Shown: one piece after another, positions 17,309-26,955 of the stretch
How positions within the stretch are numbered: the first letter of the stretch is position 1
Layout of the letters: each line of letters starts with the position of its first letter
Assembly (NCBI GenBank): GCA_963610995.1
Contig: CAVDQW010000187.1
Coordinates: forward strand, 1 to 44,800
Direction of reading: 5' to 3'
DNA: 44,800 nt
DNA from: a bacterium
GTDB lineage: Bacteria > Actinomycetota > Coriobacteriia > Coriobacteriales > Atopobiaceae
Notes under the pieces: generated by a model
Told to the model about the DNA's origin: nothing
The model's database searches: none
What the model saw: only the letters and a program-made list of their open reading frames with translations
Made by a program: the position numbers and the translations under genes

Positions 17309-18292
17309 ATGGGCGTGGGCAAGACGGTTCGGTGGGGCATTCTGGGCGCGGGCGGCATCGCGAAGCGGTTCGCGGCGAGTTTGGAACACGTTGACGGGGC
17401 TGAGCTGGTCGCGGTTTCCGGTCGGTCGGCGGAGAAGCTCGCGGCGTTCGCGCCGGCACGGGTCTACGCCGATGGGGCGGACGGTGCTGCGGCCCACGAG
17501 GCGCTTCTTGCCGATACCGAGATCGACGCCATCTACCTGGCGCTTCCCCACGCGCTGCATTGCCGCTGGGCCGAGGTGGCGCTCCGCGCGGGTAAACCCG
17601 TTCTTTGCGAGAAACCCGCGGCGCTCAATGCCGCCGAGGCGCGGGCCGTCGCGGACGTTTCTCGTGAAACGAAAACCCTTTTCGTCGAGGCGATGAAGTG
17701 CCGCTTCGTCCCGCTGCACGCTCGCGTGCGCGAGCTGCTCGACGCCTCTGAGCTGGGGCGCATTCAACGAATCGACGCGAGGCAGATGGTCGATTACGGC
17801 TCGGGCAACCTCCGTTACCTCGAGGTTCCCGTGGGCGGCGGCGCCCTTCTCGACCTCGGCTGCTACCCGATGAGCTGGATTGAGGAGCTGACGTGCGGCG
17901 ACCCAACGGCGGACGAGTCCACGATTCGCTGGCGAGACGTCCCCGGCGGCCGCGTGGACTGGGCCGGTAGCGTGGAGCTTGCGTTCGGCGACGTCGAGGC
18001 GACCGTCGAGTGGTCCGGCGACTCGCCTGTGTACGACTGCTCGTGCCTCATTACCTGCGAAAACGGTTCTGTCCAAATCGATCGGGCGCACCGACCGGAG
18101 CGAGCCGTTGTCCATCGCCCTGGCCGCCCTGACGAGGTCGTCGAAGCCCCCTACGACCCCGACGACTTCCACGGCGAGATCGCCCACTTCTGCGACCTCG
18201 TCCGCACCGGTGCCGCCGAGAGCCCAGTCATGTCCCTCTCCGCCACCATCCGCAATGCTGAGCTTCTCGATATCGTCCGCGCTCGTTTATGA
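17309..18292 (+). CDS. Gfo/Idh/MocA family oxidoreductase
   Basis: WGILGAGGIA Rossmann motif, DAIYLALPHALH, VLCEKP, GGGALLDLGCYP; RBS GGGAGG. Confidence 0.92.
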   Translation: MGVGKTVRWGILGAGGIAKRFAASLEHVDGAELVAVSGRSAEKLAAFAPARVYADGADGAAAHEALLADTEIDAIYLALPHALHCRWAEVALRAGKPVLCEKPAALNAAEARAVADVSRETKTLFVEAMKCRFVPLHARVRELLDASELGRIQRIDARQMVDYGSGNLRYLEVPVGGGALLDLGCYPMSWIEELTCGDPTADESTIRWRDVPGGRVDWAGSVELAFGDVEATVEWSGDSPVYDCSCLITCENGSVQIDRAHRPERAVVHRPGRPDEVVEAPYDPDDFHGEIAHFCDLVRTGAAESPVMSLSATIRNAELLDIVRARL

Positions 18293-18358
18293 CGGTTTTG
18301 GGGACGTTGATTCTGGTTCTCATTCGGGGGCCGGGAACATCGTCCCCCAAACCGTCAT
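18289..18358. repeat. GTTTTGGGGACGT-family hairpin overlapping the oxidoreductase stop
   Basis: ATGACGGTTTTGGGGACG...CGTCCCCCAAACCGTCAT; related arms at 19675-19840. Confidence 0.75.
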
Positions 18359-18484
18359 TCGCTGCTAGAATGCCTTGCGTCAATGAGTGGCCCATCGCGG
18401 CGTAAGTCCAATTGATGGGCTGCTCGACGTGAATCGCCTCTTTTTCGGGCGGCCGATTTCTGTTGCCGTCCGAAAGGAAGACCT

Positions 18485-19672
18485 ATGGCGAAAACCTCCA
18501 CCCAAGCGGCTGCACCTGCCGCCCGCGCGAAGCTGTGGACTCGCGACCTCGTGCTCATCATCCTCGTGAACCTCTGCGTGTTCACGAATCACATCATGAG
18601 CCTCTCGACTTTCCCGTTCTACATCCAATCGCTCGGCGGTTCGGAAGCCCTCTCCGGCATCTGCGCGGCGCTGTTTTCCCTGATAGCAGTACTCGTCCGT
18701 CCTTTCGTCGGCTGGTGGCTGGACAACGGTGCCCGCCGTGTCGTCCTCATCGCCGGCCTAATCGGCCTCGCGCTCGCGCCCGTGGGCTACTTCGCGGTGC
18801 CCACGCTCTCCGTCGCGCTCGCGTGCCGCATGGTGCACGGAGCGGCCCTGAGCTTCTCGAACTCGACCACGGCGACCGTCGCCTCGGACGTGATCTGCAA
18901 GGAGCGCTTCGCAGAGGGTATGGGCTTCTTCGGCATGGCCACCGCCCTCGCTTCAGCCATCGCGCCTGCTCTTGGCCTCGAACTCATGGGCCTTGGCTTC
19001 AATGTGCTCTATGGGGCGGCCGCCGCGATCTCGGTCCTCGCGCTCGTCCTGTTCGCCTTTGTTCGCTCGCCGCGCCCGAAGGTCGAGAAGCGCCCCCTCT
19101 CGCTTAAGTCCCTTGTCAACCGCGATTCCCTGCCCGCCACGGTGACCATGCTCATTTTTATGTTCACGTTCGGCGCCTTGGAGAACTTCGTGTCGATCTA
19201 CGCGAGCGCGAATAGCCTGCCGTCTGCATCGATTTTCTTTGTGATTATGGCTGTTATGCTGCTGCTTGTTCGAGTTTTCCTGGGTAAGTTGGTCGACGAG
19301 AAGGGCGAAGCGGTCTTCGTCTACACGGGCAACCTCGCCATGCTTGCGGCACTTCTGCTGCTTGCCTTTGTGCCGAATTCGGCAACGTTCCACATCGCCG
19401 CGGTCCTTGCCGGCTACGGTTTCGGCGGCTTGGAGCCCGCCCTGCAGTCGATGGCCGTTCATACGGCGACGGACAAGTCGCGCGGGTCGGCGAACTCGAC
19501 GTTCCTCTGCGGCTATGACATCGGCTACGGCCTCGGCGGAGGCGTTGCCGGCGCGCTTATCACTGCGGTCGGTTATGCCCACATGTGGGCGATCGTCTCG
19601 CTCGCCTGCGTTGCGTCCATGGCTGTCTACTATTTCTGGGCCCGGCACAGCAAGACGAGCTTCTCGCAATGA
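18485..19672 (+). CDS. MFS transporter (12 TM)
   Basis: KLWTRD N-terminus, motif-A-like GWWLDNGARR and GKLVDEKGE, 12 hydrophobic segments; RBS GAAAGGA. Confidence 0.92.
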   Translation: MAKTSTQAAAPAARAKLWTRDLVLIILVNLCVFTNHIMSLSTFPFYIQSLGGSEALSGICAALFSLIAVLVRPFVGWWLDNGARRVVLIAGLIGLALAPVGYFAVPTLSVALACRMVHGAALSFSNSTTATVASDVICKERFAEGMGFFGMATALASAIAPALGLELMGLGFNVLYGAAAAISVLALVLFAFVRSPRPKVEKRPLSLKSLVNRDSLPATVTMLIFMFTFGALENFVSIYASANSLPSASIFFVIMAVMLLLVRVFLGKLVDEKGEAVFVYTGNLAMLAALLLLAFVPNSATFHIAAVLAGYGFGGLEPALQSMAVHTATDKSRGSANSTFLCGYDIGYGLGGGVAGALITAVGYAHMWAIVSLACVASMAVYYFWARHSKTSFSQ

Positions 19673-19674
19673 GA

Positions 19675-19840
19675 GTTTTGGGGACGTAGGTTCTAGCTCT
19701 CAAACGAGAGGTTTAGGGACACAGGTTGCTTACCTTGCGCTGTGCGGCGGGCAACCTGTGTCCCTATTTCGGTCAAATGAGAGCTGCAACCAACGTCCCC
19801 AAAACAGTCAAACGAGAGCCGCAGCCTACGTCCCCAAAAC
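19675..19840. repeat. Nested inverted repeats: outer GTTTTGGGGACGT arms with duplicated right arm, inner perfect 16-bp IR
   Basis: Outer 19675-19702 / 19778-19805 / 19814-19840; inner TAGGGACACAGGTTGC 19714-19729 / 19751-19766. Confidence 0.85.
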
Positions 19841-20083
19841 GGTCACTGATGGTGGTCTCGCCGTTCGCGTAAAATCATGGGGAGAACAATTTGATATAAA
19901 CGGCGGAACAAGTATCAAACAAACTCCGTCGTGTATTTTGGACCTCGATTCGAATACTATGGTGAGCGGTGCTTCAAGCAACGTTCAGAAAGCTGCCCCC
20001 GGGTAGGCTTCGAGGGCGGGTCTCGGGCATCGAAAACGCACGTAAAACGTACTAAGCAACCCGCGAAAAAGAAAGGCCAGGCA

Positions 20084-22976
20084 ATGCTGAGAAAGAAGCT
20101 GGGATGCCTTCTCGCCACCGCGCTTATGGTGACGACGACGGTGCCCGTCGCTGCGTTTGCATCCACCCCCCCTCCAAGCAACTGACGCGTTAAGCGCGCT
20201 CACTACGTACGAGTCCTCGGACGGGGATTACACGTTCGAGAAGATCTCGCACCCCGACCAGGGCACGAAGACCGCCGACGGCATCGTGGACTACCTGGGC
20301 AACGGTGAGGTCGCCGTGCCCGACGGCTCCGATACCAACGAAGGCGACCGCGGCCAGAGCTATTCTTGGTCGGCCGTTTCCTACGGTGACTATCTCTATG
20401 TGGGCACTTGCTACTCCGCCATGGGCAACACGTTGACTCTCATGCAGTCCACCTTGGGTGACAAGTTCGACAAGGAGACCATGGAGGCCGCCCTCAAGGC
20501 TATGTTCAACGGTACTTTCTACTATGGACACGAAGACGGCGTGGATTCCGGCGGCATCCTGGTCAAGATGAACACCAAGACGGGCGAGCTCACGCTGCTC
20601 ATGTCCAAGTCCATGAACGGCATCTCCGCCCTCTTCCGCAACTCCATCGCCTACAACGGCAGGCTTTACTTCTGCGGCAGCGTGAACGTCAACGGGCGCG
20701 GCGGCCTGCCCAGCGTGTACGAGATCGACCCCGAGACCGACGATTATAAGGTCGTTTACGAGGGCCTTTCCAACTACAAGGACTACGCGGCGGCGTATAA
20801 GGCCGGCATCTCGACCGGCATTCGCGGCATGTGCGTCTACGACGGCAAGCTCGTCATCAGCAACGTCTACATGGACAGCACCACGGGAAAGAGCGGCGCG
20901 ACCATCCTCGAGTCCAGCGACCCCTCCAGCGGCTTCACCCAGATCGCCGAGTCCGAAGACCTGTTCAACTACCCCGCGTACCGCTACAAGGACAGCATCT
21001 ACGGCGGCTCCATTTGGGACATGACCGAGTACAACGGCCACCTTTACGTCTCCATCTGCACCGGCACGCCCGAGAACGCCCCGGACGACAACTCCATGCA
21101 GTCCTTCGCGATTGTCCGCGGCGACAAGAACGACGACGGCGCCTACACCTGGACTCCGGTCATCGGCGACCGGGAGAACGACGGCGCCCGCTACACCTTC
21201 GGCATCGACCCCGAGCGCACGCGTTCCGGCGCCGCGAACCTGATGGTCTACAACGGCTACCTGTACATCGGCGAGTACAACGACGAGGAGATCGCCCTTG
21301 AGCGCATCCTCTTCAACAAGTCCGGCGACGACGCCGACGGCAGTCTCGGCGGCATCGACTGCAGCTTCGTCGACGCGAACCTGGAGCAGTCCGTCAACCT
21401 TTACCGCATGGACGAGAACGAGAACATCGAGCTCGTGGTGGGCGACGTCACCGAGATGTTCCCGAACGGCAGCCTTTCCGGTCTCGAATCCGGCTGGGGC
21501 AGCAACGAGAACCAGTATGTTTGGCGCATGCAGGTCTACGACGGCAAGCTCTACGTGGGCACTTTCGATACGAGCAGCCTGCTCGAGCCGATCGGCCAGT
21601 TCTCCAACGGCGACATCATCAACATGACTCCCGAGGAGTGGGAGAGCGAGCTCGGCTACCTCAAGGAGCTCATCGAGCTGGTACTCAAGGACAAGGGCGG
21701 CCCGACTCCCATCGCCACGATGGGCGATGACGCCGCCGCGGCCGCGTCCGAGGACGAGCAGATGGCTTCTGACCTCGAGGAACTTTACTCCGAGCTCGAG
21801 GTCGCCGAGAACTATCTCTCCGACGGCAGCGCTGTTGCGACGGCATCCGAGGACGAGGGGAGCGACTCCTCCGAAAACATCGACGACAAGATCCAGTATC
21901 ACCAGAGCTTTGCCGAGTACTACGAGGGCCTTCTCAACTACTTCGAGCAGTTGCAGCAGAAGTACAGCCTGCCGCAGGACATCGTTACCCGCGTCCAGAA
22001 GCTGCTGAGCAAGGACAACCTCAACCGCGTCAACAGCGTGATCAAGTGCCTGAGGTACATGAGCTCCGCGACGCGCGGCTTCGACCTGTATGTGACCGAT
22101 GACGGCGTGAACTTTACGACCGTCACCAAGAACGGCTTCGACGATCCGTACAACCACGGTTTGCGCGTCTTCGCCGCGACCGGTCAGGGCCTCTGCATCG
22201 GTACCGCCAACCCCTTCAACGGCACCCAGCTGTGGATCCAGCGCGGCTACGCCGTGACCTACGATGCCAACGGCGGCGAGGGCAGCGTGGAGGATTCCAA
22301 CCGCTATGACGCCGGCGAGACCGCGACCGTGCTCGCCAACGGCTTCATCCGCGAGGGCTATACCTTTGCCGGCTGGAACACCGCGGCAGACGGTTCCGGC
22401 ACGACGTACGCGCCCGGCGACCAGATCGAGATGTTCGACGCCGTGACGCTTTACGCCCAGTGGACCGAGGACGAGAAGCCCGTCGAGAAGAACCTGAGCG
22501 TGACCTACGACGCTAACGGCGGCGAGGGCTCGGTGGAGGACTCTGCCAAATACGCCGCAGGTGAGAAGGCTACCGTGCTCGCCAACGGCTTCATCCGCGA
22601 GGGCTATACCTTTGCCGGCTGGAACACCGCGGCAGACGGCTCGGGCGCCTCTTGCCAGCCGGGCGAGCAGGTCGAGGTTGATGCCGACGTGACGCTCTAC
22701 GCCCAGTGGACCAAGAGCGACGACGGCAAGAAGGATGACGGTAAGTCCGACGGCGGCCAGAGCGACGACGGCAAGTACGACGGCTTCGGCTCCAACTCCG
22801 GCTCGAAGACCTCCGGCGACGCGAGCAGCAACGCCTCGCAATCCGGCAAGAAGGCCTCCTCGAGCACGCCGAAGACCGGCGACGTCTCCAGTCCCGCGAT
22901 CGTGGCCGTGATCGCCGTTGCCGGCGCTGCCTGTGCGCTCGCTGCCTACAAGGCCCGCGGTCTCCGCGAGCATTAG
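20084..22976 (+). CDS. Sortase-anchored surface protein with two Listeria-Bacteroides (Flg_new) repeats; frameshifted at C7 tract 20166-20172
   Basis: Signal peptide MLRKKLGCLLATALMVTTTVPVAAFA (ATG 20084, RBS GAAAGG) is out of frame with the 939-aa body; VTYDANGGEGS..GYTFAGWNTAADGSG..VTLYAQW x2; TPKTGD + TM + basic tail. Confidence 0.85.
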
Positions 22977-23032
22977 CGAGTAGCTGACCGCGCGCCGCCC
23001 TGCCGGCCCGGTCGCACCAAACAAGAACGTCC

Positions 23033-23075
23033 CAGGACGCAGGTCGCTCGCCACCCGGCGGCGGCCTGCGTCCTG
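23033..23075 (+). terminator. GC-rich hairpin after the surface-protein gene
   Basis: CAGGACGCAGGTCG...CGGCCTGCGTCCTG; no clear U-tract. Confidence 0.45.
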
Positions 23076-23131
23076 CTTAGTCGCCTAGACATGCCCGAGC
23101 GGGCGCTCAAGCGCCCGTCGCCGAGGGCCTG

Positions 23132-23284
23132 CTGTCCGAAAATTGAACTTGACGGTCGTTATTTGACGATTTGCCAAGTAACGGGGATTGCTGCACTTCG
23201 TTTACCTGGGCATTTATTGCTTTCATCCGAGTGGGTACTTGAGGTGCGGGCGAAAAACGACCGTCAAGTTCGATTTCTGGACAG
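23132..23284. mobile_element. MITE-like element, 153 bp, second copy of the 17093 family
   Basis: CTGTCCGAAAATTGAACTTGACGGTCGTT...AACGACCGTCAAGTTCGATTTCTGGACAG. Confidence 0.65.
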
Positions 23285-23422
23285 CGGATGTGTTTGGCAC
23301 CATCGCATATCGCGCACATCGTGCACCGTTCACGCGATTGCGTGCGGCTGGTCTAGCGCCCGCGCCTTCCGCCTCCCGCGGGTATACTGGAACGTCAGCA
23401 AACAGACACGCCCGGAGGCTGC

Positions 23423-25813
23423 ATGGAATCGCTGTACACAAAGTATCGCCCGCAAACGTTTGAGCAGGTCGTCGGCCAAAAACACGTGGTCGAGACCCTC
23501 GTGCGCGCCGTTGCCGAGCACAAGACGAGTCACGCATACCTCTTCTGCGGTCCGCGCGGAACGGGTAAGACGACCATGGCGCGCCTGCTCGCCAAGGCCC
23601 TCATGTGCGAGAAGGGCGAGGGCGAGATGCCCGACGGCACCTGCGAGCAGTGCCGCCTCATCGCCGCCGGCGAGCACCCCGACGTGGCCGAGCTCGACGC
23701 CGCGTCGCGCACCGGCGTCGACAACGTGCGCGACGAGATCATCAGCCGCGTGAACTACGCCCCGTCGATGGGTCGTTACAAGGTTTATATCATCGACGAG
23801 GTCCACATGCTCACCACGGCGGCGTTCAACGCGCTGCTCAAGACCCTTGAGGAGCCGCCGGAGCACGTCGTCTTCATCATGTGCACGACCGACCCGCAAA
23901 AGGTCCTGCCCACCATCCTCTCGCGCGTCCAGCGCTTCGACTTCCACTCCATCGCGCCCGACGAGATGCAGGCCCATCTTGCCTACGTCTGCGGCCGCGA
24001 GGGCTTCACTTTTGACGACGATGCCCTTGAGCTCGTGGTCCGCCATGCCCATGGCGGCATGCGCGACGCCCTGACCTCGCTCGAGCAGCTCTCGGTATTC
24101 GGCAACGGCCACATCGGCCTCAAGGCAGCGCAGGACTTTCTCGGTGAGGTCGCCGGTTCCGTGCTGGGCACCACTGCCACGGCCCTTGCCCAGCGAGATG
24201 TGCCGACGCTCTTTGCCGAGGTCGAGAAGCTCGTCGGATCCGGCCGCGACCTGCTGCAGTTCACCCGTGAGCTCGCGGGACACATCCGCGACGTCTACGT
24301 TGTGGCCGCGGCGCCTGGTGCCACGGGCGCGGTTTCCGCCACGGGCGAGGCCCTCGAGGCCCTGCGAGCCGAGGCCGCCGCGTTCGGCTCGCCCGACCGC
24401 GTGGCCCGTACGCTTACCGTCCTCGGCGACGCTTCCAGCGAGATGCGCACCGCCACCAACCAGCGCCTCGTTCTGGAGATCGCCTTCACCCGCATCGCCC
24501 GTCCCGAGGCCGACCTCACCCTCGAGTCCCTTGCCGACCGCCTGGCCGCCCTTGAGCAGCAGATCGCCTCCGGCCAGTTTGCGGCCCCGCAGGTCCCCGC
24601 CGCTCCTCAAACCGCGGTTCCCGCACAGGTCCCCCAGAACCTTGCCCCAGCACCTGTGCCCGCGCCGACCTCTGCGCCGGCGATGACCCCGCAGCCCGTG
24701 GTCGCCGCAGCCTCGCAGGCTCCGGTTCGCCCGGCCCCCGCAGCCGCGTCAGCCGAGAGAAGCGCCGCGCCTTCCGTCGGCGCGAATCGCGCAGTGAGCG
24801 AGCAAAGCGAGCGCCGAGCAGACGATGGAAGGGGAGGCGCCCCTCTCGGCGCTCCCGCCGCAAAGCCCTCCGCTCCCGTAGCGCCCGCAGCCCTGCAACG
24901 AGCTTGGAAGCAGGTCGTCGACAGCCTCGTTAAGTCGGCGCCCGCGAAGGGCTCTCTCCTTCTGAGCACGTTCCCGATCTCGGACGACGGCGAGACCCTT
25001 GCTATCGGCCTGCCCGCCGGCTCGAGGTTCGCGCTGAAGATGCTCGACCGCGCCGACGTCCGCGCCGTCGTGGAGCCCGCGATCTCGGCTGTCTTCGGGA
25101 CCCGTAAGTACACCGTGGCCGAGCAGGGCGCGGCGCCGAATGCCGGCTCCCAGCCCGCGGCTACGGCTCCCGCTCCGCGTCCCGCGCCTCAATCCGCCGC
25201 AGCTCAGACACCTCGTCCGTCTGCTCCGACCCCTCGTCAGGACGCCCCGCGCTACAGTGCCCCGGCTCCCGCCGCGCCCGCACCGCGCCCCGCGGCCCCG
25301 CAGCCGGCCCCTGTTGCCGCCCCGGCACCCGAGCCCGAGTACGCCCCCGTCGATGCCTACGATTCTTTTGCCTCCGAGCCCCAGCCCGCGGGAGACTACC
25401 CCATGCCCTGGGACACCCCCGCGGCTGCCTCGGCGCCCGCTCAACCTGCGGCGCCGTTACAGTCCACGTCTCCTGCCCGCGATCAGAATGTCGTCGTCTC
25501 GGCCGCAGCTCCCTCCAACAACGTGAGCCGCGCCGACGCCGCTCCCGCCGCTGGCGCGACTCGTGCGGCGATCAGCGGCGGTGCCGAAGGCGCGGCCCCC
25601 CAGGTCGCTCCCGAGGACCTGACGCCTGAGTTCAGCGACATCCTGAGCGGCCTTACCGAGGTGTTCGGCGCGCCGACCGCCGTTTCTGTAGAGAAGCCCG
25701 CCGCCGCCGACGAGGCCGCCGACGTCTCGTATGATGTCGAGGGCGCCGACCCGGCCGATGGCCCCGGCGAGTTCGCCGACGAGCCGACCGACGACGCCGA
25801 TAACGACGAGTAG
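23423..25813 (+). CDS. dnaX: DNA polymerase III subunit gamma/tau
   Basis: LYTKYRPQTF, GPRGTGKTT, ELDAAS, IIDEVHML, FNALLKTLEEPP, GGMRDA; Pro/Ala-rich C-terminal half. Confidence 0.96.
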   Translation: MESLYTKYRPQTFEQVVGQKHVVETLVRAVAEHKTSHAYLFCGPRGTGKTTMARLLAKALMCEKGEGEMPDGTCEQCRLIAAGEHPDVAELDAASRTGVDNVRDEIISRVNYAPSMGRYKVYIIDEVHMLTTAAFNALLKTLEEPPEHVVFIMCTTDPQKVLPTILSRVQRFDFHSIAPDEMQAHLAYVCGREGFTFDDDALELVVRHAHGGMRDALTSLEQLSVFGNGHIGLKAAQDFLGEVAGSVLGTTATALAQRDVPTLFAEVEKLVGSGRDLLQFTRELAGHIRDVYVVAAAPGATGAVSATGEALEALRAEAAAFGSPDRVARTLTVLGDASSEMRTATNQRLVLEIAFTRIARPEADLTLESLADRLAALEQQIASGQFAAPQVPAAPQTAVPAQVPQNLAPAPVPAPTSAPAMTPQPVVAAASQAPVRPAPAAASAERSAAPSVGANRAVSEQSERRADDGRGGAPLGAPAAKPSAPVAPAALQRAWKQVVDSLVKSAPAKGSLLLSTFPISDDGETLAIGLPAGSRFALKMLDRADVRAVVEPAISAVFGTRKYTVAEQGAAPNAGSQPAATAPAPRPAPQSAAAQTPRPSAPTPRQDAPRYSAPAPAAPAPRPAAPQPAPVAAPAPEPEYAPVDAYDSFASEPQPAGDYPMPWDTPAAASAPAQPAAPLQSTSPARDQNVVVSAAAPSNNVSRADAAPAAGATRAAISGGAEGAAPQVAPEDLTPEFSDILSGLTEVFGAPTAVSVEKPAAADEAADVSYDVEGADPADGPGEFADEPTDDADNDE

Positions 25814-25893
25814 AAATAATTCTGGGCATTAAACCCCCAGGTAAACACAATCAAGCGCTTCTTGCTAAGGAAGCCGAACCGAGAGGAGCCACC

Positions 25894-26229
25894 ATGGCCA
25901 AGGGATTCAACATGGGCGGTATGAACCGCAACCAGATGATGCAGCAGGCTCGCAAGATGCAGGAGCAGCTGCTCGCTGCGCAGCAGAAGGCCTCCGAGAC
26001 CGAGGTCACCGCGAGCGCCGGCGGCGGCATGGTCAAGGTTTCCGCCACGGGCGACATGCGCATCACTTCGCTGACCATCGACCCCGAGGCCGTGGACCCC
26101 GAGGACGTCGAGATGCTGCAGGACATGGTCCTCGCCGCCGTCAACGACGCCCTTTCCTCCGCCGAGCAGATGGCCAGCCAGCAGATGAGCGCCGTGACCG
26201 GCGGTCTCAACATCCCGGGCCTCTTCTAG
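25894..26229 (+). CDS. ybaB: YbaB/EbfC nucleoid-associated protein
   Basis: MMQQARKMQ, ASAGGGMVKV, DPEDVEMLQDMVLAAVNDA; dnaX-ybaB-recR synteny. Confidence 0.93.
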   Translation: MAKGFNMGGMNRNQMMQQARKMQEQLLAAQQKASETEVTASAGGGMVKVSATGDMRITSLTIDPEAVDPEDVEMLQDMVLAAVNDALSSAEQMASQQMSAVTGGLNIPGLF

Positions 26230-26274
26230 TCAGCTCCGGTAACAAGCTCAAATAAACCGCAGGTCAAAGACGTA

Positions 26275-26883
26275 ATGGACTACACCGCAAACGACGGACA
26301 CGCTCTCCAGCGACTTCTCGATGAGCTGGGCAGGCTTCCGGGCATCGGCCCGAAGTCGGCCCAGCGCATCGCGTATTACCTGCTGGAGGCCGACGCCGAA
26401 GAGGCGCGCCGCTTGGCCCACGCCATCCTGGAGGTCAAGCAGCAGGTCCACTTCTGCCCCGTCTGCTTCTCTTACGCCACGCGCGAGCGATGCGACATCT
26501 GCGCCGACTCGTCGCGCGACCGCACGAGCATCTGCGTGGTGAGCGAGCCCCGCGACGTGCAGGCTATCGAGCGCACGGGCACCTACCGGGGCCTTTATCA
26601 CGTGCTTGGCGGCGTCATCAGCCCTATGGACAAGATCGGCCCCGATCAGCTCCATGTTCGCGAGCTGCTCTCGCGCCTGGCGTCCGACGAGGTGGGGGAG
26701 GTCATTCTCGCCACGAACCCGGACGTGGAGGGCGAGACGACCGCCACGTACCTCGCCCGCCAGATCCGCCCGCTCGGCGTGCGCGTCACGCGGCTGGCGA
26801 GCGGCCTGCCCGTAGGTGGAGACCTTGAGTATGCCGACGAGGTCACGCTTGGCCGCGCCATCGAGGCCCGCCGCGAACTATAA
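26275..26883 (+). CDS. recR: Recombination mediator RecR
   Basis: [11 protein letters not shown]hH, C4 zinc finger, [34 protein letters not shown]. Confidence 0.96.
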   Translation: MDYTANDGHALQRLLDELGRLPGIGPKSAQRIAYYLLEADAEEARRLAHAILEVKQQVHFCPVCFSYATRERCDICADSSRDRTSICVVSEPRDVQAIERTGTYRGLYHVLGGVISPMDKIGPDQLHVRELLSRLASDEVGEVILATNPDVEGETTATYLARQIRPLGVRVTRLASGLPVGGDLEYADEVTLGRAIEARREL

Positions 26884-26955
26884 TTTCTCTCCAACTGCAG
26901 CTAAAACACACTACGCGCCCGGCCTAGACCGCGTGCGCACACAGAGAGGACCGCA

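Noticed and set aside
22255..22712. Near-identical ~200-bp DNA duplication in the surface-protein gene
   Set aside because: Explained by two tandem Listeria-Bacteroides repeat domains, which is ordinary for this protein class.
23423..25813. Programmed -1 frameshift producing the gamma subunit
   Set aside because: No A AAA AAG or poly-A slippery site seen in dnaX.
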